Assembly (NCBI GenBank): GCA_003344405.1
Contig: NOWV01000017.1
Coordinates: forward strand, 248,001 to 312,000
DNA length: 64,000 nucleotides
Reading direction: 5' to 3'
Source: Trichoplax sp. H2
Lineage: Eukaryota
This document shows, piece by piece, positions 1-13,300 of the stretch. The notes under the pieces were generated by a model. It saw nothing but the letters and a program-made list of their open reading frames with translations, had not been told where the DNA came from and did no database searches. Both the position numbers and the translations under genes were made by a program. Positions within the stretch are counted from its first letter, which is position 1, and each line of letters starts with the position of its first letter.

Positions 1-377
1 CTTAACAACGGACTCAAAGGAAAACATTTCATTTTAAGTCAAAAGATTATATATCACACGAACACAACGCATACTCGTATGTGCAATACCTATGTTTGAT
101 GATCATTCCTAAATACAAAATAAACAAATAATACAATATATTTATTCTATGGGCTTGATGCATCATTGTGCCTATCTCGCACTAGGAAGAGATTTCTATA
201 TAGTATGATAACCTAATTATGAATTTTCTGTCGATGTAATGCCTTACGTAGAATATATTTCCGTTCATCGATTGGGTATTAAATTAGTATTGAATATAAT
301 TGGAGTAATTCTGCAGAACGTCTAAATGTCCCTGCTTCTGTTTTAATAGGTTGGGTGGGTGCTGGGTGTGGCAGTGA

Positions 378-510
378 TGTACAGTACTGTACAGTGTCCA
401 GTACAGTACATTGTACAGTAGCGCATAGTACTGTACTGTACTGTACTGTAAAGCGTACAATTGCACTGTGCGACGTGAGTGAGTGATTGTGCGCAGTACA
501 GCGTACAGCA
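378..510. repeat. ACAGT/ACTGT (GTAC-W) pentamer field upstream of the nucleoside hydrolase
   Basis: tgtacagtactgtacagtg...tactgtactgtactgtactgta, ending about 70 nt before the ATG at 579. Confidence 0.85.
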
Positions 511-578
511 TAGAGATACAGCATAATAAGAAAACCTCTTCCTGTACACTGCTTGAAGGATTAGTTTGGCAATTAAAG

Positions 579-1792
579 ATGTCAGAAATTGAATCATTGA
601 CGACTGGAAAAACTTTGCTTTTGGATACCGATGCCGGTATTGATGATGCTCATGCTTTAATGGTTGCATTAACTCATGATAATTGCCGTGAGGTTGTTGG
701 TGTTACATGTACTTACGGTAATTGTTTAGTCGATCAAGTTGTTAAAAATGTTAGCTATATTTTACAGCAGTATGATAAAAAGATTCCGGTTTATAAAGGA
801 GCACAAACATCCCTAATGCGAACATATGAAAATTTAGTTTTTCATGGCCAAGATGGTCTTGGCGATATTGAGCATCGTTGTGATGACAAGGAATGGATAG
901 ATAGTTTGTTGCAATCAGAGCATGGTGCAATAGCTATGATTAATTTAAGTAAAAAATACGAAAAACAAATCACTTTGATAGCTATTGGACCATTGACGAA
1001 TCTTGCATTGGCGTGCAGGATTGATGGGAATTTTCCCTCAAGACTGAAAGAATTGATTATTATGGGAGGTAATCATACAGGTAGGAGATATTATGTATGC
1101 CCACACTACTATACATCTGTACTCTAGAATGACTCTGAGTAGATCACCATACGCTTGATTAGCTAAGCTAACTTTGATAATCATTCATGCATCTGAACAT
1201 AGATTCTTTGTGCCCTAATTTTCTCTGATTAATTAATGGACTAATAATATAATTATTTATAAATAATTAATTTGAAAACATTGTTCTGATTTCAATTTTA
1301 GCTTTGGGTAATGCTACATCAACGGGAGAATTTAACTTTGTCGTCGATCCGGAAGCGGCTGCCATAGTTTTAGATGAATTTCCGAGATTCTGTCCCGTTA
1401 AGGTTGTACCTTTAGAAGTTACTCTTGTTTCTAGCATCGAATTGGATTGGATTTCCGACATATGGCTTAAACAAGATTCCCCAAGAGCTACATTGAATCG
1501 AGATATGATGAAAAACTTCCTGAATAAGATGAAAGCAGAGAAACGGGAGGGTTATCCAGCCTGGGATGTGCTAGCTGTTGCTGCAGCCTTGCAACCAAAT
1601 TTTATTCGTGATAGTTTCAAGAACTTTATGACAGTAGAGCTCCATGGCAGCAGGACGAGAGGGCAAGGTGTTATAGATCGAAAGACGAAATGTGATTACC
1701 CAGTTGAAATAATTACAAAAGTTGATAGGGAAATGCTACGGCAGATGCTTTATAAATCGACCATGCCAGCGGAAAATCATGGTAGCTCATAG
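579..1792 (+). CDS. Ca2+-dependent nucleoside hydrolase (IU-NH family), 2 exons: 579-1080, 1302-1792
   Basis: N-terminal DTDAGIDDA (DxDxxxDD Ca-binding motif), HGQDGLGD, IGPLTNLA, IMGG and EFNFVVDPEAA are present. A GT-AG intron at 1081-1301 joins MGGNHT-A-LGNAT in frame. C-terminal VELHGSRTRGQGVID. Confidence 0.93.
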
Positions 1793-3965
1793 TAATAGCT
1801 TAACTAATTAAGAGCCTTGCTAAAATATTTTGATCAAACATACAGTATGCAATCCAACCCATCTCTCTGTTACTGAAAATCGTACACGTATATCTAATTC
1901 TTGAAAGGAAGGTATATAGGCGATCGCTATGCTTTTTTGTATACTGTAATATACCAAAGGTACAAGTATATCGAATGGGAAAGTGATTGTTTGTTAGCAT
2001 AGTGTAGTAATTATTTACTAAGTTATAATACAGGACACGTTGTTGATGGAGAATATAGATTTAATAGTGCTTATGTTAGTGACTCTGGGGATTAAGGCAT
2101 AAATTTCTAATTGGGAACTGTAAGGATTTTATCTGCGCATTGTAACGGATTCATTCGTATACAAGAAGTTAGTGTCGTTATGTCAATTTATATTTTGATT
2201 AATCCTTATTATTATGTATATTAGAACTGTTATGATATGATTCATGATTATAAGTGTATCAATGATAGTTGGATGTATTAACGATAAATATATTCTTTAA
2301 ATTAAGGATTAATAAATATGGGATTGTTACCAAAACGATGATTTTCTAGGAATGATTAAATTTATTAAATAATTTTATGATACAGTGCTTTATTCTAGAT
2401 ATACTATGCTATGTGGATATTGTAGATATCTGCTAGATTTTGTTACATAAATTTTGTACTAATAACAGGTACGTTATTTCGTTCCATACGAAGTTATTAC
2501 ACTATTTACGAATCTAAAAAGTTTGATCTCGATTCCAAGTAACCTTGTTGATGATCCTTGATCAAGTCGATATTATACGATTATGTTAACTATAGGATTT
2601 TATAGCCATGGAATTAAAAAATATCATAGTATTTACTGTTTTGTATTGTGACTTCTTATAATAAAATAACACTAAGGTTCTAAATTTAAACCATATCAGA
2701 TAACTAGTAGAGTACTCAACTGATCTTGCTCGATATAGGAGCAACGATTAGCGATTAGCATCCTATATGATTCGAACAACTGTAATTCAACCACTTAAGA
2801 TTGAGCATTTAATTACTGTTATTGTGTCGCTGCAATGACTAGCAAGAAGCTGTAGGTAAAAAAAGGTAACACGGAAACATGTACTGTAAGCTAACCAAAG
2901 TATTATGGACAATAAACATTTATTGTATTGCATTTAATTTATAATTGATACATGGTCAAAGTCTATCATTGAGTGATATATATCTCAGTGGGTATCCTTG
3001 CATCTTCATAATATTTACATGAGGGTTATCTCACCTAGTGAGTCTATGACTTAATCAAAATATGGGCCGATATTTCAATATTCTAGATGCTGCTAGTTAC
3101 TCTACGATTGTCCTTCTCTGTTGATTTATTAATTTAGTGTCATCAATTATGAAAGAAATAGCATATTATCAAGCCAGAAAATTTCTTCCAAGATTGTAAC
3201 GGCAATTATCCTGCAGGTGATGGTATTGTATGATAGTAAAAACAATGGCATCACTTCCTAGAATGAACATTATATCGTCAATGAAGAAATATTCTAGCAA
3301 TGAACAGAAGAGAAGGTTGCATTTTAATCCTACCAATCGTAGCTATCAAAAAAATTTTATGGAGTTAAAGTGCTGTATAGCTAAGGATTGTTATCAAATC
3401 CTATTAGAGATAAAATAAAATAGTAATTTGATGCCTCTAGTTTAGTTTATATCTTACAGTAAGTACCGAAGATAGCTTATTAATATATATCTTATTTATG
3501 TGATCATATCTACTCATACCAGCCTTATGAAGCAAATAAAAATTTAGAGATTAAAAATACTTTAATTAAGATTACGACTGTATAGAACAGTAGTTTTTGT
3601 ACGATCCATTTTAGCCATGCTTAATCATGAGCCGATGATTTGGAGAACATGAATAGGTATATGTAGAAAAAAGGCATCGGATCTACACTTTCTATCCAAT
3701 AAAATAGAACTATGTGGAGGCGATAGATACTGTATTCCACGATAATTCAGTTATAAAATGCCATGAGTAAATAATTTACGTCATCAGTATGCGCCCATTT
3801 TATTAAGAAATGGGGGATACGAAAGGAACCCAATTTCAACATTATATCCAATCGGAAAGGATGCATTTACTATATTACAATAGTTAATATCTCAATTCGA
3901 TCAATTTTATAACTATAATATTCTAGAGTCAGTACAACGGGCTACACTCTAGCCGATTTACTGTT

Positions 3966-4100
3966 TCTAGGACGTATTATTTTAAAAATAAGGACTTCTG
4001 CTCAGTGAAAAAAAGCTCTAGGGCTGCTTTCCAATACATCCTGATGCGTATCTCTAGGGCGCATTATTTTAAAATAAGGATTTCCGTTCAGTAAAGAAAA
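3966..4100. repeat. Imperfect ~48-bp direct repeat, 2 copies (3966-4014, 4053-4100)
   Basis: tctaggacgtattattttaaaaataaggacttctgctcagtgaaaaaaa versus tctagggcgcattattttaaaataaggatttccgttcagtaaagaaaa. Confidence 0.75.
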
Positions 4101-5264
4101 GTAATCGAACTATATAATACATGCTATGCGGTATGTCTCAGCATAAATTATTGAGCATTGTCTCAGGCATCGAAAGTGGTTCATGGCTACATACGCGTAC
4201 ACTTTCTATCTTTCTTCATGTGTATTCGTGCATTTCAAGCCTTAGAGCCGGGAAAAGGAATAATTACAGTATGTTAACTTTTTTATTCTACAGTATCGCA
4301 ATTGTACCACAGTTTCACTGCTGTATCCATAAGCGTTATAAAAAAAAATAAATTATTGCTTTAAATTCATGCAGATTCGAATTGTAAAACGCAACAGCGA
4401 CTTCATTGAAATTATGTTTATGCATTAACAAATTCTCCCTTGAATTGTATAGAATAGATCGATTTTAATAAAATATTATTTTCGCGTAGGCTAGACTGTG
4501 TAATCTTCTATTGGTCAAAAAATTATTATTTGACAAACGGTAGAGAAGATAGTTTTCTGTAGGTACAGTAGACTCTTAATAAGCATAAAATGGGTGTATT
4601 TATAATTTATGAAATTATTCTAAATTAACCTTTACTGCCTACTAATATACTGTACAATATGATGAAGTAGACAACAATAGACCATTCTATTGGTTGGTGA
4701 TTGTACTTTAGTAGTTGGAAACGATGACAACTATGGTTCAATATCAGTTGTATTTTCATTTGTAGCGTATTCAGGTAGTAGAAATAGTCTAGAATCAGAG
4801 TTCCACTATCCTTATTGATATAGAGTGAACAAGTCAGTTTCTCCCTTAAGAAGGTCTCTCTTATTTAAGTGATTTGTTTAGACTGACCAACAGCGTTAAT
4901 AAGAGCTGTAGAGGCTTGTATCCAAGGATACAAGATGATGCAGTAACGTAAGCCTCAAGTTGTAGCTTAATTGGCGAGAAAAATTAACATTACTAGCGGA
5001 TTCGACTAGACTGATTGATACAGTATACAGTATATGTCGGGACGGCTAGTGTATTTTATATGGAGTAATCCTACCGTACAAGAAAGGTAAATACTAGCAA
5101 GATTCACTTTTAAAAGTTTAATGATCGTCCGTTTGTACAGTATAAGCCTTTTACTCACACTGCAGGCAATCTATAGAACAATCTCGATGATTGTATAAAG
5201 AAGATACTGTATCAAGTTGTTACAGCTTATACTCCGTTAGCATGGATCGATGGGAAGGAGTCAA

Positions 5265-5682
5265 GAAGTAGATATCAAGCTACGGCAGGTCTACCGTTTA
5301 CTATGAATTACTCATCTCTTTCAAGTAGTCCTAAAGCATAGAATAGAAAGACAGTAATGCCAATAACGTACAATAAAGTTATTAAAATGCATGAAAAATC
5401 GTTGAAGAAGACATCAAGCTGCGGCAACTCTACCGTTTACTATAGATTACTCATCTCTTTCAAGTAGTCCTAAAGCATAGAATAGAACGACAGTAATGCC
5501 AATAACGTACAATAAAGTCATTAAAAAGCATGAAAAATCGTTGAAGAAGACATCAAGCTACGGCAACTTTACCGTTTACTGTACTATGGATTATTCATCT
5601 CTTTCAAGTAGTCCTAAAGCATAGAATAGAAGGACAGTAATGCCAAGAACGTACAATAAAGCCATTAAAATGTATGAAAAAT
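5265..5682. repeat. Tandem repeat, ~139-bp unit x3
   Basis: The unit ga(t/c)atcaagct...ctctttcaagtagtcctaaagcatagaataga...acagtaatgccaa...gtacaataaag...atgaaaaat restarts at 5271, 5410 and 5549. Confidence 0.92.
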
Positions 5683-7321
5683 AGTTTATCGTTTTTAGTT
5701 AGCAGTTGTTGTTGAAATTTATTGGTGTACTATCAGGAGAGGACGTACTTCCGCTATCAATGAATATGTCATGTATTGTTCGTTAATGCATTTTCTCTTG
5801 GATTACTTGCTTCTTCCTACATAAGATTACAATCAAAGAAGAGATAATAATATCATTAAATATGCAAAATCGTCCATGTTTTCATTTGAAATTCAGTAGT
5901 ACATCGATGGTCGGTGTTATTCTACTCGATAGTAGCGTGAACTATGTGTAGTTTGGACATTATTCCTGTGTCCATCGAATAGACTATCGCCATTGTTTAC
6001 AATTTACACTCCAAAGAGGTGGGATTTACGATTCTTCTTCTTGTTATTATTTATTATGATTATCTATTTTTATTTTGAATATTTTGAATAATCATTTTGG
6101 GGTTATTGATTATGCGTCACGCTGTAGTACTGTCTTGTTGGTGAGGTTGTATCAAGTTTATGTCGCTGTTTCAACTGTAGTATTATGCACGACGATGTCT
6201 AGTATGAGTGAAGAGATCAACTGGGTCGGTTATCCATCTCTCTCTCTCCATTTTAGCGTCAAATACAGTACATTAGTGTACATTATTTTTAGAGACACTT
6301 ATTGAAAGATCTCCAAGGGTCTCTTTACCTTGGACTGTCCACTATTCAAGTGTGTATTGTCGGACTTTAAAAAGAAATTTCAAGGGGTTATTGTATCATT
6401 GACATCGATACCTATACAGATAGGAAACGATTGACTATAAATTGTATACAGATGGTTGGATAGTTTCAGTAGCTATTCTAGACATGATCCACTTTATTTT
6501 CCAGGATAGAGGATAAAAGAAAATATCATGCATCAATTAAAGATTGTTGTATCATTGAAAGAAGTGAAATGACAAGGGGAGGGTTGACCATCAGTAATGT
6601 GATGCGGATACCGACGTGAGTAATTACAACTAATTAATGACGCGTTGCATATGAATTAGTATCGGCTGTAGGATGATTTTTCTGTACTTTCACTCGTCAT
6701 TGTACCGTCAATAAATCCAATTTATCATTGTCTAGCGTTGACCATAGCGGGTCATTTAACGTCAGTACGCTGGTAGTGCGGAGAGATTATGTTCGACTGA
6801 AATCAATGAATTAAGAATTGGCTGGCTTTGGACCATTTAGAAAAAAAAAAATTGTTTCTTCCCTTTGGAATTTTTTCTTTTTTGGATAGGCTAGTACAAA
6901 TTATTGAATGTTAAGAGAAGAAAAGTGATTGCTATTTCTTGCTCTAGTACTGTCCTATTTCCAACTATTCATGGTAGGTCTTGATTACACCTATCAAAAT
7001 ACTACCGTCATTGAGCTGCTACATAAATAGTAATTACAGAGAAAAAGTGTTACACCATTCAAGAGTTAGAAGGCTTGGAGAAACACATTGATCATCCACG
7101 ATAGCTGTGTCGATGAAGTCATTTGCATCAAATTGATACACTTGTTATTTATCATCGAGAATAAGAGAGTACAGCATCCAAGTGATTATCCATAACAGTT
7201 TTGGATACGATATCGCGACATTGAAAGCAAGGCAATCAGGTGCAGTTGACAGGGGGAAAAAAAAAAACCAAGCGACAAAGAATCAAAAAAAAAATAAAAG
7301 CTCATAACAACATTGAACGAC

Positions 7322-10300
7322 ATGAGTGATTGCAGTGGACTTCAAACTGAAAATGATACAATCCATAACCGTTGTAGTGAAAACATGCAAGAAGAGCAAA
7401 ATCATGTTGAAAGATGGCTCAATTTAAATCCTCAATTTTTTGAAGACTATTTTATGAGATGTGCTAGCCCTGAATTAGTTGACAGGTGGTTAGCCAAACG
7501 CACTAAAAGAGTCCAGTTAGAAGATAAAAGAGAAGACAGTCATCAATCCAACGCTGATACGACATCCATTGGTGATGACGACGACGAGAATGACGATCAT
7601 GACGTTGACACCAACAGCAGCGACAGCAGCAGTGATGATGATAATCAAGATAACGTTGACAATGATACAATTTCAAGTCGTGTCGATTGCAACTGGCAAA
7701 AATTTGTACGCTATCAACGACAAAAATTTCGTTCACAAGAATCATTTCCTACACGAGATGATTCAATAGTAACATCACCTAGTCCAAGGAAGCAATATTT
7801 GAGAAAATCCAAAAGTTTCACTACTTATGATGGCAACTTACCAAGTACAGCCAGAGCAGAATTATTGCAATCAGTCTTAAAGTCCAAGGTCACCTTACCC
7901 CGCCATGATAACGATAATGGCGAATGGAAGTCACACTTGAATAACCAAAATCAACAAGAGATTTTCTTAGCTTTAGTCGGTGATATATCCAACGAGTTAG
8001 ATCTAGATCGACTATGTAGGAAAATATCATTCAATGTTTGGATGCTAACCAAAGTTGAGCGTTGCTTACTCTATTTAATCGAAGGTACAGACAAGTCGAA
8101 AGAATTAACTTGTAAATCTCTTTACATCGACCGACAAAATTTAACTGCCACTAGTCTAGTAGCATCCAGTCCTGATCTGCAATTAGATAGACCCTGGTCT
8201 CAAGGTATCGTTGGTTTAGTAAGCCAAATCGGAGAGGTAGTTAAAATTGATGATGCCACAAAGGTAAGCCGCTTATTTTAATAATATGCTTATAGTACAA
8301 CACATCTTTTACTTTCAAAGATTGACAGACTCACAGAGCGAGAGAGTCAAAGAAAAAAATAATCAATTTCTGTGCTTTACATGATGATATTACGAGGCAA
8401 CATGTACTATGGACATATTTTAGACATAGTTATGATTGCTATAGTATGTATCTGCACTTGTACAGTATGTCGGTGAGTTTGTAACCAGTGAACAATGCTT
8501 GTTATTTTTTTTCTCATAATAGCATAGACAGTTTGGCATTCTACTTATATATGAATTATATGTTACTGTACGCTTTAAAAGTCGAATAGATTATCAATCT
8601 GTCTGACATTACCAATGGTATCGATATCGATATACTCTACAACGTTCCATCTCATCGCTGAGTTAACATGATAATCAAATCTATCTTCTTCATCAAAATT
8701 GATTATCAAATAAAAAATAATACTTCCAATTTTCTCCAATTCTAAAACGTGTTATGCCATGTAATCAATTCTTTGCAATAAAATTGATTAGACGTGATCT
8801 CGGTTAAAGCCGTTGAGGCAATCTTGATAATTTTAAGTCTGAAGTTTTTTTACAATCTTGATTAATAATAAGTATGTATGATATATAAAAATTATTATTG
8901 CTTTTATTTGATAAAAAAATGAAACTTCTTGTCGGTGAAGATAAAAGTCGAAATAGTTCAAAATTTCATCTGAAAATTTCCTTAGTCAATTAAAATGACG
9001 ATAGTAACAATTTTTAACATTAAAAAACATCATGCAGAAAATTCGTCTAACTTGAAATACGTAAAGCTAAATTAAACCCAGCTGGTGTTTGATTGTTTTT
9101 AATCAAGTGTTATTGTACTTTCAATACTATTGTTTGTAATTAGGATTCTCGATGTCGAAAGGAAGAAATGTATTTGATCGGTTGCAAGATTGATAATTTA
9201 CTATGTATGCCGATTAAGGATAGCCAAGGCAATGTAAGTCAACTCTTATCTGACGTTTCATCCTGTTAGCTAACGGAAATTTAATAACTGCAATTTCTTT
9301 TGAATAAATTTTTTCATTTTGAAATCTTTCTTTTTACATCCAATGATATTTAGTTTCTATAGGATTAACTAACATTTTTTTTTTAATTGAAATAATCAGT
9401 AATAATATTGACAAAATTAAGTTTCTATCAACTTAGGTTGATTTTCTAGACAATATTAGCTGTCTGATTTGTTCTCAAGATACAGTTTCAATCTTTTCTG
9501 TATCGCGTTCCTCATTGATACGAGTATGATCGTCACAATATTATCATTTAAATCTGAATCTATTAAGTTGACATAGAATAATTACAGACTAATATTAAAT
9601 TTAAGATTGGCTCGTAATGCCTAAGAATCCAATTCTTATTTATTCCCAACAATAACATTCCTGAATAATATGAGTCTTGAAATCCTTAAAATTTACTATC
9701 AAGATTTTTTATGATCGGATACAATATCTTTTATGCAAAATAATTGCCACCAATAAATTCAATCCAATAAATTTTACTGGCTGTTTGACGTACTACACTT
9801 ACTTTTTTAAACACTCTTTTCCACTCAATTATAGCTTATTAGTTAATAATATGTACCCATTAACTTAACTAGTTTTTATAACAATGCTTATTTGACTCGT
9901 TTAATGAAGTAGGCAAAGGTAACGACGATTTCATCGTAGCCTTTACATATGATAGTGATATTAGAGTCAGCGATACCAAGGTTGAATATTTAAATAGTCA
10001 AGTTTAGTAATAATATCTTGACATTGACTGCATCGTGACGCTTATTCCCTGCTAATATATTATCTATTATCTCTATATGGTACTTTCTTTCAATTTCTGA
10101 TTTTTTTAGTTCAACAATAGCATACCTGATCTATTAGATTAAAATAAAACATATGACAATAACACTATTGTAGTCTACAATTTGTAGACTAGTGAGGGTA
10201 AAATTTAAAGGAAATATTATCACCTTCATTCATTGATAGTAACTCAACTAAATAAACTATTATAAATCTTAAATAATGCCATAAAATATTGTCCGTAGTA

Positions 10301-13300
10301 AAAAATTATTTTTAATATCTAAAGACTGGATTAGACAGTGTTTTTCTTTCCTAGCTTTATTCTATTCAGTAGACCATAGTATATATTGTTGATTAATCCA
10401 TCATTGACAGAGTAAAGGAATCATTGATAATCATCAATAAATCGAATGTATTGCGTGGAAAGGAATCAATGGAATATTATTTATTTCTATTTTGCTATAG
10501 CTACAGAGAAGTATTATAGCGAATTTCCCTCCGTATTCTAAAAAAGTATAATGTAATTAAGATTTCTATTATTCTGCCCGATGGCTATGTAAATATACGC
10601 TATTTAAAAGACTGAAAACATTTCCTTGTGTATAAATTCTTGATTTACAACTATTCCAAACTTACCGTAATAGCTAATAATAAAGGGACGAACTGTATAA
10701 ATCAGATTGGGGACCTTTGGTTTAATTTCAGTCTCTTTTAAGCTTGAGATAATCATTGTTGATAATCATAATAAGATCAAATTGAACTATCCCACTTTCC
10801 TTGTTAATCAATTCTTTTCCTTAAATATCATCTATCATTTATTATTTGTATGAGTATCGAGCCATTCTAGATTAAATCAGACGATCAAAAAAAAATAATA
10901 TATTGCAAGTATCAGGATAATTAATACCTTCTATTTTCCTAATTTTGGGAAAAAATATCATCAATAGGTGATTGGAGTTGTACAGGCTATCAATAAGAAA
11001 TCAGATGGCGTCGGATTTAGTGATGAAGATGTCAAGGTATTTTAGCCATTGATTTAATAAATTATTTTATTATTACTTTAACTTTAAGGGTTTTAAAATA
11101 AAAAAAATAATATTTAAAATAATTCTGTATTGGAATAACTGTCCATGACAATCTACGCTTGTGAAATATTTTAATATTACGATAACGTAAATATACGGTA
11201 TTTAATTTCTCCACGATAAAACAAATACCGTTTAACAATATCAAATCAATTTTTTTATCTATACAATAATAATTGTAAACCAATTATCTAGATTCTAAGC
11301 TGAGGATAGTAGAGACAGTATTTAAGTAATATGATAAAAATCAGTTTATATTTCGGTAGATTACATTTGGTACTCTTCCCTCCTTTAAAATGAAATTAAC
11401 ATGATGAAAATGAGATATTAATAACTGCTAGTAGTAACGAAAAACCCTCTTTACTTTATAGTAGGTAGTATTGTACGTAACAATAAGTCATTGGAGACGA
11501 TACAACCACGAAGTAGATATTATCTATTCCAATAAAATAGACTTGGAGTAAAGCTATTATTCTATGATAAACAACAAAATAGCTGTTTCGTTTCGATATT
11601 ATTACATTATTTATTTCTATTTTACCATTTCTACCGACATCCGATGTCATTTTTCATCCTTACATATTAACTGCATTGTTAATATACATGACCTGTAAAT
11701 AAATGGACCTTTCTTAGTTTTTACTGTATATCAGATCAAGATTATTGTTTTATTGTACGGTAGTGATCTAGCTACAAATACTATTAGAAATGAGGCTATT
11801 TATTTTTATCATAGACTTTATGACTTGACTGAATAATAAGTACTAGTATAAAATTAATTAGTTTTTGCCATTCGCTATTGATATCGATGTTATTAATCAG
11901 ACTTAAAGAGGTACTTTATGATAATAAATTCTGAAAGTAAAAGTACTTGGCAGCTTAAAAGCACGTAATTCTTAATTTGCGAGTTATTTATATATCCTTA
12001 TCTGGCCATTAAATCACAGTTACAGTCATGTAACTGCCATCGTAACACAAACAACACCCTAAGGTTCTAAGTATTAAATTAAGTTAAATATTCGAAAGAG
12101 AAAGTTGATTAGTAGTAACATGGTTTTAAAGTTTGTATGATACAAATTATAAGTTCGTATTTGTGTACCGTAAGTTAAAATAGGCAATCTATTGGAATCA
12201 GGGATATAGAAAATGATCGTATAAATGATACCTTGTATCCAATCGCCTCTAAGGAAGCTAGTAATAAAAAATTGATATATCATGATAGGTGAACAACAGT
12301 TCGTACGTAAATTACCTTTATCCATTACTGACAAATAGCGAATGTTAAAAATAACCTGTACTTAGTCTACTATAAAGTTTAGTACTTTAAAATTTACCAA
12401 CGGGACATATCGTAGGCAGGATTATGATCTAACTACTCTTAAATTATAGTAGGTATCACTCTCATTCATTGGATCATGTCTATTTTTTATTTCACTAATA
12501 ATTAATAGTATCGATAGTCAATAAAAATGAAATTAACGGCAATTTTGGCTCATTTAGTAAATTATCGGCACTAGTCATTAGGTATTGACTCGTTTAGTAG
12601 TTCATTCCTGGATAATATTATATTAGCAAAGTAAACCAGGCATCGCCATATCTATTTATAGTGAACGATAGTCCAATTCTTTTATTCTTCACAATATTAT
12701 ACCACCCACATGAATGTCGGTAGTCATACAAAATAGGTATAGTACCTTAAAAGGTCTAAATATTTTATGAATCAACCGTAAATTGAAGTTCTCGTCAAAG
12801 TGTATCAGACTAAAGTGTAACCTGGTCATGGATAACTATTTAAGACTGAAAATTAGTAATGATACTCGATATAATATACTATAATAAAAAAATTGGACCC
12901 CCTAAGTCTAATTGTTATCTATTTCAAACGAGCCGAAAGATCTAGTAAATAATTGAACGCATTCGTTTATAAATTACAGTTTTAAACATAGTGCCTTCGA
13001 TTGTAGGTCAAATTTTATCCTAATAAATGATATCATTCACATAATGACACTAGCTTATGTAAGTGCCGTAGTAAAATTAAGTCTTGTCGACTATAAGACT
13101 TAAGTTGATTTCGTGCCTGTGTATGGCATATAAAATAATCTATTATTATATATTTATATGGACATTTAAAGTGATAAAGTTCAAGTAATCTTGTAGCTAA
13201 GGTTGTCATCGTCTTGAATACTTGATTTGAATGTATTATTGTATCACTGATTTTATGTTTAACTCGTGAATGGAATGGTAATGTTTATTTATCCTTTAAT

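Noticed and set aside
279-524. Short ORFs rich in YCTV/YSTV/VLYC, also at 29473-29882, 39670-40041, 46093-46659, 47308-47496 and 59649-60084
   Set aside because: They are translations of the ACAGT/ACTGT repeat, which lacks stop codons in all frames. There is no protein-like signal.
10171-10191. Perfect 10-bp inverted repeat tagtctacaa-t-ttgtagacta in a PDE intron
   Set aside because: It is single, short and AT-rich, with no TSD or second copy seen.
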